IMG/VR virus record: IMGVR_UViG_3300046167_000724
DNA length: 64,000 nt
Reading direction: 5' to 3' (one strand)
Source: a virus
Lineage: Duplodnaviria; Caudoviricetes
Shown: in pieces, positions 1 to 7,204 of the stretch
Numbering within the stretch: position 1 is the stretch's first letter
Layout of the letters: every line of letters starts with the position of its first letter
Translations under genes and position numbers: made by a program
The notes under the pieces: generated by a model
What the model was told of the DNA's origin: nothing
Seen by the model: only the letters and a program-made list of their open reading frames with translations
Database searches by the model: none

Positions 1-18
1 AAATTTAATATATAATAT

Positions 19-774
19 ATGTTAGCTAATAATTTTATAATATCAATAACTTCGGTTCCTTTTAGATTTAAAGATGAATTGGTTCAAGTTTTAAAAAGCT
101 TAAGCGGAAATACATTAGGTATTAAAATTATTGTATCAATACCTAGGGTATACAGGAAGGGTTGGACGTATACTCAAGATGACTTATTAGAGTTATCTAA
201 AATACCCGAAGTTGTTCTTAATATAATAGATGAGGATTATGGCCCCGCAACTAAACTTTTAGGTGGTATTGAATGGGTTAGAAATAATGGGCTAAATGTT
301 ACAGGCATTATAACTATGGACGATGATATAATATTTCAAAATCCAGCAACTCAAATATTAAGTCTAGTCAAATTACATTTAGAACAACGAGAAAATGTAA
401 TCACATTTCAAGGTCTTAAACTAATACACCCGCCATATTATTCAGGTAACGGGTTGCATGGTGTTAGAGAAGATTGGTGTCATGGTGTTGCTGGCTTTCT
501 AGGTGTATTATACCCAAGTCATTTTTTTAAATCAAATGTTGTTTTTAATTTGTTTGAAGAACTTGACCCTAATTTCTATTCAGAAGATGATGCATATTTC
601 GGTGCTGTTGCATCACGTTTAAATATTAAAATATGGTCATCTACTAATTTAAGTAAATGGTCTAGCATATCTAAAATATCCGCAGTAGATAAAATGTTAG
701 AAGGTAAGCGACAAGTACGTGAATCTAAAATGTATAACGATCTCATATCTGCTGGCTTCTTTAAATTCTTATAA
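19..774 (+). CDS. Glycosyltransferase (GT-A/GT2-like)
   Basis: SITSVPFR start, DEDYGPATKLLGG, ITMDDDI (DxD motif), SEDDAYF; typical viral GT-A motifs. Confidence 0.55.
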   Translation: MLANNFIISITSVPFRFKDELVQVLKSLSGNTLGIKIIVSIPRVYRKGWTYTQDDLLELSKIPEVVLNIIDEDYGPATKLLGGIEWVRNNGLNVTGIITMDDDIIFQNPATQILSLVKLHLEQRENVITFQGLKLIHPPYYSGNGLHGVREDWCHGVAGFLGVLYPSHFFKSNVVFNLFEELDPNFYSEDDAYFGAVASRLNIKIWSSTNLSKWSSISKISAVDKMLEGKRQVRESKMYNDLISAGFFKFL

Positions 775-1335
775 ATAATGCCCTATAGAAATACCAACAA
801 ACTGAGTAGTACTATTAAGCTGAGCGTCATCTAACATGATATAGACATTCGCTTTCATATAGACATTATAGCTAATATGCTTCTTAAGTCTAAAGGAAGC
901 AATGGCAGGAAAACTAGTATTTCTCTGCTCACTTGTACCAATGGCTAAACCACTTGATAAGTATAAATCAAACGGCTTAACTTTAAACTCACGAGCTAAT
1001 CCCATAAATACAAAGCTTACAGTAGGTGTCGGTTTATCAAACTCCCAATCACCTTCAAGACCTCTAAGCTGAACAATCCAATCTTGAGTAAACAACCAAT
1101 CGCTACCTGCAACAGGCTTTATACTTGCACTTAGACTACTAGCTATTAAACTGTAACCTTCCATGTTACTTTCAATCGGTATACCTACACCAACATCTAC
1201 CTGGCCAACCCAAGATTTATTAGGTTTAACCTTTGGTTTAGCTAAGTTAGTTTGAGTAAAGTTATAGCAATCGTCTTGACTAAATCCTTTAAATGGTAGA
1301 AGTACCACCAAGATTGTAATTAAAATATTCTTCAT
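769..1335 (-). CDS. Secreted protein, probable outer-membrane beta-barrel
   Basis: Signal peptide MKNILITILVVLLPFKGFSQ; alternating amphipathic strands; C-terminal FVGISIGHYL resembles a beta-signal. Confidence 0.5.
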   Translation of the reverse strand: MKNILITILVVLLPFKGFSQDDCYNFTQTNLAKPKVKPNKSWVGQVDVGVGIPIESNMEGYSLIASSLSASIKPVAGSDWLFTQDWIVQLRGLEGDWEFDKPTPTVSFVFMGLAREFKVKPFDLYLSSGLAIGTSEQRNTSFPAIASFRLKKHISYNVYMKANVYIMLDDAQLNSTTQFVGISIGHYL

Positions 1336-1745
1336 TATCTTCTAATAAAATACAAGGTTCTTAACTGCTCGCCAACAATACCATATACCGTCTTATTCTC
1401 TACAACCAATGTATTAGGCCCTTGAGAAACAACATCCCACTCTTCATAAGATATAAACAAACTTGTATCTAAATATTGATAAGTATGCATATAACCATTA
1501 GAGTAGATAAATCCTATAATCTCTACAGGTTGTAAAGTACCATCTAGTATCGTATACACATTTACGCTATCAAAGTAAAATATAAGGTTATCAAATACCG
1601 TATCTGTTGTAAAGTTTAAACCAGGTAAGTAGTAGTCTTCAACAGATTCTAAACGGTTTAATTGCCATTCACCGTCTATTACAAACGGCTCTTCTTTATG
1701 GCATGTAAGAAGTAATAAAGGTAAGAGGTATAAGAGTCGTCGCAT
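1335..1745 (-). CDS. Lipoprotein with lipocalin-like domain
   Basis: MRRLLYLLPLLLLT-C lipoprotein signal followed by HKEE; GEWQL motif of lipocalin-like folds. Confidence 0.55.
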   Translation of the reverse strand: MRRLLYLLPLLLLTCHKEEPFVIDGEWQLNRLESVEDYYLPGLNFTTDTVFDNLIFYFDSVNVYTILDGTLQPVEIIGFIYSNGYMHTYQYLDTSLFISYEEWDVVSQGPNTLVVENKTVYGIVGEQLRTLYFIRR

Positions 1746-1749
1746 GCTA

Positions 1750-1778
1750 TTTATATGACCAGTTTCTACACTTGTTTC
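1750..1778 (-). promoter_or_regulatory. Class II promoter (GAAAC-N18-TATAAA) driving the lipoprotein/OMP operon
   Basis: Same motif and spacing as nine plus-strand copies; lies just upstream of the 1745 start. Confidence 0.55.
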
Positions 1779-2155
1779 ACAAAAAAACCATTTTTCAATT
1801 ATTTCAGTTCCGCTTTCCAGAAACTATCCCCACAAGCCCATAAACACCATTTAAGAAACTAACACCCTCACGACTAACAACCAACCTAGATTACACCAAC
1901 CCTTCCACAAACACAATAATAATAATATAAGAGATAATAATAAGAATAATAAGAAGGATATAAGTAAGGATAACAATAAGAATACAAGTACACATATACA
2001 TGATACGAGTGTAAGAACAACTCTAAGTCTTAAGTATACAGGATATACACATTACATAAGTAACATAAGATATAAAGGATAAGCCCAACTCCATACCAAG
2101 CCCAGTAAGGGTTTAAAGAAAGCAACCGAACATCGTGAGGTATAAGGGTTAAGTT

Positions 2156-2182
2156 CCATGTTCATCCATGTTCATCCATGTT
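2156..2182. repeat. Tandem repeat (CCATGTTCAT) x2.7
   Basis: ccatgttcat-ccatgttcat-ccatgtt read directly. Confidence 0.85.
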
Positions 2183-2265
2183 GCAGGGGCCGGGTTAAAC
2201 ACGAGGGCCAACTAACACACATTTCGCGGGGCGGTTTACCCCCAGCCACCAAGGGCCACTATCCC

Positions 2266-2297
2266 AAAAAGAAGGGACCCCATTGCTGAGAGTCCCT
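2266..2297 (-). terminator. Intrinsic terminator downstream of the RadA-like gene
   Basis: Minus strand agggactctc-agcaat-ggggtccct followed by tcttttt. Confidence 0.7.
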
Positions 2298-2327
2298 GAA
2301 GGGTAATCAATCCTTATGTTTGGTAGT

Positions 2328-3359
2328 TTAGAGTTCTACGCTATCTTTGGTGTCTTCTGTGACTTTGTCAAATCCGAATAGTCTGTCGAAAGCGGCGCCT
2401 TCGGTTTCCAGTTGTTTACGTTCTTCTTTGAGTAGTTCGTCGTTGGCTATATCTGTTTCGAATCGGGCTTCGTTAAATTGTATGCCTTCTTCAAATGAGA
2501 AGTAGAGTTTTTTGTTTACGTCACCTACACGGTTTTTTGAGAATTCTAGGAACCTACGGCCGTTCTCACCACCTTCCCAGTCTAGTTTCATCATTGAGGT
2601 GGTCATGTGTTTGAGTTTGTTTGAGCCTACGAACTGTCCTCCTTTAGAGAGTTGGAGTATTGTAACAAAGGCTGTGTGTGCTTGGGACTTGTTGTGTTGT
2701 GTCATTAGGTCTAGGAACCATTTTTCTGCTTTGCCTCGTGTCCAGCCTGTGTGTTCTTTAACGGTGTCGTTAACTTCGGTGTAGCTGTCGGTGAGTACTA
2801 CGTCGTATCCTTCTTCTAGAACTTTTTCTATTACTAGGTTGGCGTGGGATTCGTAGTTGTTCATGAAGAGGATGGGGAGTGTTGCCCAATTGGGGAATCG
2901 CTTAAGGTAGCGTGCCATATCCATCTCATTCATCTCTGCTGAAATAAAGAGTACTTTGTTACCGTTGGCTTGTAGGTGTGCAAGGTGGTCGAGTAGGATT
3001 GTGGTCTTACCAACCCCTGGGGCTCCGGCAGCCATGATGTTAGTTGCTGGAAGGATGCCACCGTCGTTTGATATAAGTTTATCAAAGATGGTATTGGCCT
3101 TCATAGGTACGAATAGGTCGGGGTTAATGTTAAGGTCCTCTAACTTGGTGAGGCTTACATTAATTTGAGGTGGTAGTGCATCTGATGTGGTAGACTTGAT
3201 CTTATGGTCAGACATACGGAAACCACGTGGAGGGCCTAGCCTTTCCTTTGGTGTTCCTTTACCGTCCCAATGCACAAAAGGCTTTGTGAACGTACCGATT
3301 AATTCAGGGCCATTGTTTACTGGGATGGCCTTCCCGTTTTCTACTTGATATACAAACAT
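2328..3359 (-). CDS. RecA-superfamily ATPase, RadA/Sms-like core
   Basis: GGILPATNIMAAGAPGVGKTT Walker A, VVLTDS Walker B, GSNKLKH and KNRVG motifs; no Zn finger or Lon-like C-domain. Confidence 0.7.
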   Translation of the reverse strand: MFVYQVENGKAIPVNNGPELIGTFTKPFVHWDGKGTPKERLGPPRGFRMSDHKIKSTTSDALPPQINVSLTKLEDLNINPDLFVPMKANTIFDKLISNDGGILPATNIMAAGAPGVGKTTILLDHLAHLQANGNKVLFISAEMNEMDMARYLKRFPNWATLPILFMNNYESHANLVIEKVLEEGYDVVLTDSYTEVNDTVKEHTGWTRGKAEKWFLDLMTQHNKSQAHTAFVTILQLSKGGQFVGSNKLKHMTTSMMKLDWEGGENGRRFLEFSKNRVGDVNKKLYFSFEEGIQFNEARFETDIANDELLKEERKQLETEGAAFDRLFGFDKVTEDTKDSVEL

Positions 3360-3366
3360 AATTATT

Positions 3367-3443
3367 CCGATTGATTACTATGTAAATATAGGCAAAATAG
3401 TTGACATAAAAAAACTTTAGGTCAACTATTTTCAAACTATTTT
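3367..3443 (-). promoter_or_regulatory. Conserved ~77-bp early element, copy 1
   Basis: Minus strand aaaatagtttgaaaatagttgacctaaagtttttttatgtcaactattttgcctatatttacatagtaatcaatcgg; perfect 12-bp inverted repeat. Confidence 0.85.
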
Positions 3444-3845
3444 ACAGGGATAGGTCCGTCAGGAAGGGTGAAACTGTTTAAGTGCTCTTGGAAAACCTCA
3501 GGGCTCTCTTCAAACTCAAACTTGCTGAGGTCACCGTTGCCGATGATAGGAGCAAATCCGTAACGAGCCGCGCCGAACATGCCAACCTCATCGAATCCCA
3601 ATAGGGTATACATCTCACCGTCTTCAGTCTTCGCTACAAGCTCACAGCCGGCAGGAATACCACCGCGGTAGCCTTGCATATAGATAGGAAGGAACTCAAA
3701 GCCGATAAGGTCTGCTCGGACCCCATGCTTGCGCAGTGTCTTTTGGAAATTCACCAGGCATGCCCTTGAATGAGAATTCTTTACCGTTTTGTTTAGCAAT
3801 GAAGATAGCCTCGTTCATTAACTGAGTTGGAATTTGTACTTTCAT
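3437..3845 (-). pseudogene. Early hypothetical gene (135 aa restored) with one +1 frameshift
   Basis: ATG at 3845 behind element copy 2 (MKVQIPTQ...AQAW) joins the track ORF (VRADLIGF...PVK) if one base of the C4 run at 3721-3724 is removed. Confidence 0.6.
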
Positions 3846-3867
3846 AAGTTGTTCTTTGTGGGCAGTG

Positions 3868-3945
3868 CCCGATTGATTACATAGTAAATATAGGCAAAAT
3901 AGTTGACATAAAAAAGTTTTTAGCCAACTATTTTCAAATTATTTT
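3868..3945 (-). promoter_or_regulatory. Conserved early element, copy 2
   Basis: Near-identical to copy 1. Confidence 0.85.
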
Positions 3946-4327
3946 ACTGCAACTGAATGTGCACCTAAACTACCTTTCCAAATTGGAGCGCCTTCATATA
4001 CACGTGAGGTCAACTTAAATTCAAAACGACGTGAGTGGCCAACTTCAGGATTCTCTTCAGCAATATCAATGATCTCGTATGCTTCAGCAACATATGTCGC
4101 AACCTTCTCACCATGTAAGATACCCGATACTGTTACAGGGTAAACCTTTTTCAAAGGCTTCTATTAATGCAGCCTCTTCTTCTTTATAGAAGTACCATGC
4201 CCGGGCAATACACCCTTTAAGGCTACGACCAGGTGAATTCACCTTTAGTGTTATAGCTACGATTGACACTAACGAAAATGTTAACACCTTCGTTAAACTT
4301 GTTTGGATTGTAAATAACTTTACTCAT
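3939..4327 (-). pseudogene. Early hypothetical gene (128 aa restored) with two +1 frameshifts
   Basis: ATG at 4327 behind element copy 3; frame restored by removing one base at 4232-4233 and one at 4142-4144 (MSKVIYNPNK...EFTGRSLKG...EKGYPVTVSG...VAVK). Confidence 0.55.
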
Positions 4328-4349
4328 GATTATTTCTTTAGTAGGTTTC

Positions 4350-4421
4350 CCCGATTGATTACATATGTAATATAGGCAATTCCGGCGACATAAAAAAACT
4401 TTTAGGCAATTATTTTCAAAA
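4350..4421 (-). promoter_or_regulatory. Conserved early element, copy 3
   Basis: gaaaataattgcctaaaagttttttatgtc...gcctatattacatatgtaatcaatcggg pattern on the minus strand. Confidence 0.8.
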
Positions 4422-4461
4422 TAAAATGCAAGTAAGTACCTTATATTATATTACAGAACTG

Positions 4462-4539
4462 AAAAAAGTTTCAAAAAAGTTTGCCTTTTATTTTTTTATG
4501 TCAACTATTTTGCCTATATTTACTATGTAATCAATCGGG
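4462..4539 (+). promoter_or_regulatory. Conserved early element, copy 4 (divergent from copy 3)
   Basis: tttttttatgtcaactattttgcctatatttactatgtaatcaatcggg. Confidence 0.85.
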
Positions 4540-4565
4540 AATCACTCCCACTAAAAGAAAATCAT

Positions 4566-4883
4566 ATGACTAATAACGAACTTTGTGAACTGCTTGCCCA
4601 CGGAAACCTTCAAGAGGCTAAACCTATTATTGAAGACCGCAAGCAAATGCCTGAAAGTCGTCTTCTTATAATTCGTGAGATGTTAAGTGACTATCCACAT
4701 GTCTATATCGAACACGAACCAATGAGTGAAAGTAATTGGTACTACATATGGCGTAAAGAGAATATCAAAGGACCACACGATTGGAACCGTAGTGATTGCT
4801 TAATGCAGTTCTATTGGAAAGCTGGTAGCTATAACGCTGAAGGTGTTCACAATCTATACGACGAATGGGGCACAGCCCTTTAA
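4566..4883 (+). CDS. Early hypothetical protein
   Basis: ORF directly downstream of element copy 4; A-rich leader. Confidence 0.7.
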   Translation: MTNNELCELLAHGNLQEAKPIIEDRKQMPESRLLIIREMLSDYPHVYIEHEPMSESNWYYIWRKENIKGPHDWNRSDCLMQFYWKAGSYNAEGVHNLYDEWGTAL

Positions 4884-4959
4884 AATAATTTGAAAATAAA
4901 TGGCTAAAAACTTTTTTATGTCGTTTATTTTGCCTATATTTACTATGTAATCAATGGGG
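4882..4959 (+). promoter_or_regulatory. Conserved early element, copy 5
   Basis: aaaataatttgaaaataaatggctaaaaacttttttatgtcgtttattttgcctatatttactatgtaatcaatgggg. Confidence 0.85.
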
Positions 4960-4983
4960 ATCACCCTGGAAATTAAAAATATT

Positions 4984-5199
4984 ATGAATAAAAGAAACCG
5001 TCATCCCAATTACGTCAATGGCTACGAAGAGAAGATTGGCTACTGGCTTTACAAGGTCAACCAAGCTGTTGAGCAAGGTAGTGCTGAGAATCTCGAGTAT
5101 GCTAACCAGCGTCTTGTGTACTTCTTACAACGCCAGGAGACCTGGAAGAAAGAGACTGGCAACTTAAATGAGTATAAAATCAAAACTATCTACGGGTAA
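4984..5199 (+). CDS. Early hypothetical protein (start revised to ATG 4984)
   Basis: The track start lies inside the element; the ATG after aaaaatatt fits better. Confidence 0.65.
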   Translation: MNKRNRHPNYVNGYEEKIGYWLYKVNQAVEQGSAENLEYANQRLVYFLQRQETWKKETGNLNEYKIKTIYG

Positions 5200-5438
5200 T
5201 GAACAAAGAATTATTAGCAATCGAAGAGGAGCTTAACCAAATCGTGGTTAACCTAAGGCTAGAGAGCCTATACGACGAACCAGTTGGTGGATACTTACTT
5301 AATGCAGGTAGCCCAGCAGCGGACTTCTTATTAGAGTCTACTCCAAGTGAGCGTGAATTCATCCTTCATAAATTGGCACCTGAGCTAATAGTAGAAGATG
5401 TATATGAAGGTAATCATATAATTCTAAATCTTAAATAA
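5199..5438 (+). CDS. Early hypothetical protein
   Basis: TAATG stop/start coupling. Confidence 0.65.
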   Translation: MNKELLAIEEELNQIVVNLRLESLYDEPVGGYLLNAGSPAADFLLESTPSEREFILHKLAPELIVEDVYEGNHIILNLK

Positions 5439-5441
5439 ATT

Positions 5442-5759
5442 ATGGCATTATTAAAAAATAACAAAGGAGAGTACAACTACCAGTTTAACTGGGTTGATGA
5501 GAACTACAGCGTATGTGGATTCAACAGCGTATGGGCTACTAACAAGCGTGAGGCCCTTAAGAAGGCTAAAGCTATGGAGACCGAAGCACATTGGGCACTA
5601 TACGACGGTAACAAGTATGTAACGGTACCTGAGGAGGTTATAGGCGAGGGCCATTGCTTCCGTATGAAAGGTATGTATGTTCAAGTGGAATCTATGTATA
5701 AGGCCACTGCAGAGCAACGTGACCGTATGGACGAGATTGGCTGGATGATGACGAACTAA
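5442..5759 (+). CDS. Early hypothetical protein
   Basis: ORF in operon, A-rich leader. Confidence 0.65.
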   Translation: MALLKNNKGEYNYQFNWVDENYSVCGFNSVWATNKREALKKAKAMETEAHWALYDGNKYVTVPEEVIGEGHCFRMKGMYVQVESMYKATAEQRDRMDEIGWMMTN

Positions 5760-5827
5760 AATTGTTAGTAACTATTAGGCTAAAAGCTTTTTTATATCAA
5801 CTATTTTGCCTATATTTATAGTATAAT
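5758..5827 (+). promoter_or_regulatory. Conserved early element, copy 6
   Basis: ggctaaaagcttttttatatcaactattttgcctatatttatagtataat. Confidence 0.8.
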
Positions 5828-5842
5828 AAAAGAGAAAGCAAT

Positions 5843-6151
5843 ATGAACATTAAAGAACAAATCGAAAACTGGATTCCAGTAGCCCAGGCTAAATGTAACA
5901 GCTATTACTCAGAACAGTGGCAATCACAAGCTCCCGAGCTCACTATCAAATATGGACGTAAGTATGCCAAGATTATGGATGATGGCTCAACATGGGGCTT
6001 CATAGCCTTAACAGATGATCCTAGTAAAGGACAAGTTACAGGGGACCTTTTAAAGCCGGCTTCGTGGGCAACACCCACAAGACACTCGAGAGGTAACATA
6101 TTAAACGGTACAGCAGTGTACGATCAGTACGGACCAGCTTACTTAAAATAA
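5843..6151 (+). CDS. Conserved phage early hypothetical protein
   Basis: KYAKI...WGFI...GDLLKPASWATP...RGNI motif, recalled from small early proteins of large phages. Confidence 0.7.
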   Translation: MNIKEQIENWIPVAQAKCNSYYSEQWQSQAPELTIKYGRKYAKIMDDGSTWGFIALTDDPSKGQVTGDLLKPASWATPTRHSRGNILNGTAVYDQYGPAYLK

Positions 6152-6220
6152 TTTGAAAATAAATGACTAAAAGCTTTTTTATGTCAATTATTTTGCCTAT
6201 ATTTACTATGTAATCAATCG
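6145..6220 (+). promoter_or_regulatory. Conserved early element, copy 7
   Basis: aaaataatttgaaaataaatgactaaaagcttttttatgtcaattattttgcctatatttactatgtaatcaatcg. Confidence 0.85.
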
Positions 6221-6228
6221 TAATAAAT

Positions 6229-6465
6229 ATGAACTATATCAAATCATTCATCAATCGTAACCAGGGTCTCACAACCTTAATGGCTACCTTAATCATTTTA
6301 GCAACTGGGTGTATTCTATTGCCTATTGCAGTAACCCTAGCATGTAAGGCTCTCTTATACATGATTAACCAACCAGCTAACTCATTATACATTATAGGTG
6401 CCTACCTATTTGGTATATTAAGTAATGAGCTTGCAGGTGCGCTTGATAAAAAAGTTTCAAAATAA
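6229..6465 (+). CDS. Small membrane protein (two hydrophobic segments)
   Basis: LTTLMATLIILATGCILLPIAV and LYIIGAYLFGIL. Confidence 0.6.
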   Translation: MNYIKSFINRNQGLTTLMATLIILATGCILLPIAVTLACKALLYMINQPANSLYIIGAYLFGILSNELAGALDKKVSK

Positions 6466-6526
6466 TTGACTAAAAGTTTTTTTATGTCAATCTTTTTGCC
6501 TATATTTACTATGTAATCAATCGGGG
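6448..6526 (+). promoter_or_regulatory. Conserved early element, copy 8
   Basis: aaaataattgactaaaagtttttttatgtcaatctttttgcctatatttactatgtaatcaatcgggg. Confidence 0.85.
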
Positions 6527-6551
6527 AAACCCACTAAACAAATAATCGCTT

Positions 6552-6968
6552 ATGGCAACTATCAAAGAATTCAACAAAAGCAACCTCAACAGCCTTCGTC
6601 AAGACATGAACGCAGCACTTGCTAAACTAGAAAAGCAGTACGGTATTCAAATCAATGTAGGTAATGCAAGATTTAGTGACAATGAAGTTACTTTCAAAAC
6701 TAAATGTAACACTATCGGTGAAGGTGGAAAAGCCCAAACTAAAGAAGCCCAAAACTGGAAGCTATATGCAGAGCTTAATGGTGTAAGCCAATTCTCTATC
6801 GGTGACCGTATCGCCATCCAAGGTAAAATCTTCTCTATCGAAGGCTGGAACACACGTGCTAAGAAAGCCCCAGTAATGATTAAAGAAGTTGGCTCAAACA
6901 AAACCTTTAAATGTAGCGTACGCACTATAGCAGGTAAACTCCCTATGGTCAAAGAAACCATTAAATAA
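6552..6968 (+). CDS. Early hypothetical protein
   Basis: ORF downstream of element copy 8. Confidence 0.7.
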   Translation: MATIKEFNKSNLNSLRQDMNAALAKLEKQYGIQINVGNARFSDNEVTFKTKCNTIGEGGKAQTKEAQNWKLYAELNGVSQFSIGDRIAIQGKIFSIEGWNTRAKKAPVMIKEVGSNKTFKCSVRTIAGKLPMVKETIK

Positions 6969-6982
6969 ACAACCCCCACAGA

Positions 6983-7011
6983 AAGCCCTATATAAAGCCT
7001 ATATAGGGCTT
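6983..7011. other. Perfect 12-bp hairpin aagccctatata-aagcc-tatatagggctt
   Basis: Inverted repeat read directly; no clear U-tract. Confidence 0.75.
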
Positions 7012-7048
7012 CCCATAAACAACCAATAATTAAAGCAATATATAAACC

Positions 7049-7204
7049 ATGAGTAAAACATTTGTATTCACACTAGAAAGAGACAACGGGTATACTTATA
7101 CGTATGAAGGGACATTCGAATCCCTAGCCCGACACATCGCAGCGCAAGATAGCCCAATTAAGGTTAACGGCGATAAGACAGCTTTCAACACTAAAGAGGC
7201 TTAA
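7049..7204 (+). CDS. Small hypothetical protein (51 aa, not in ORF track)
   Basis: MSKTFVFTLERDNGYTYTYEGTFESLARHIAAQDSPIKVNGDKTAFNTKEA; A-rich leader. Confidence 0.5.
   Translation: MSKTFVFTLERDNGYTYTYEGTFESLARHIAAQDSPIKVNGDKTAFNTKEA

Noticed and set aside
1891-2001. 36-aa extremely hydrophobic minus-strand ORF (MYMCTCILIVILTYILLIILIIISYIIIIVFVEGLV)
   Set aside because: It is the expected by-product of the (aat)n/taag purine-rich opposite strand; there is no promoter element or typical leader. Not fully excluded without Ribo-seq.
4223-4225. In-frame TAG as evidence of stop-codon reassignment
   Set aside because: Read-through meets TAA two codons later, a one-base indel explains the break, TAG ends the S1 gene normally, and all long genes are open in code 11.
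3367-6526. Repeated elements as a CRISPR array
   Set aside because: Repeats are ~77 bp, spacing is irregular (about 0.1-0.9 kb), intervals contain whole ORFs, orientation flips, and no cas genes are present.
7101-7135. tRNA-like TTCGAATCCC
   Set aside because: It lacks the GGTTC T-arm context, no cloverleaf can be built, and it lies inside a plausible small ORF.
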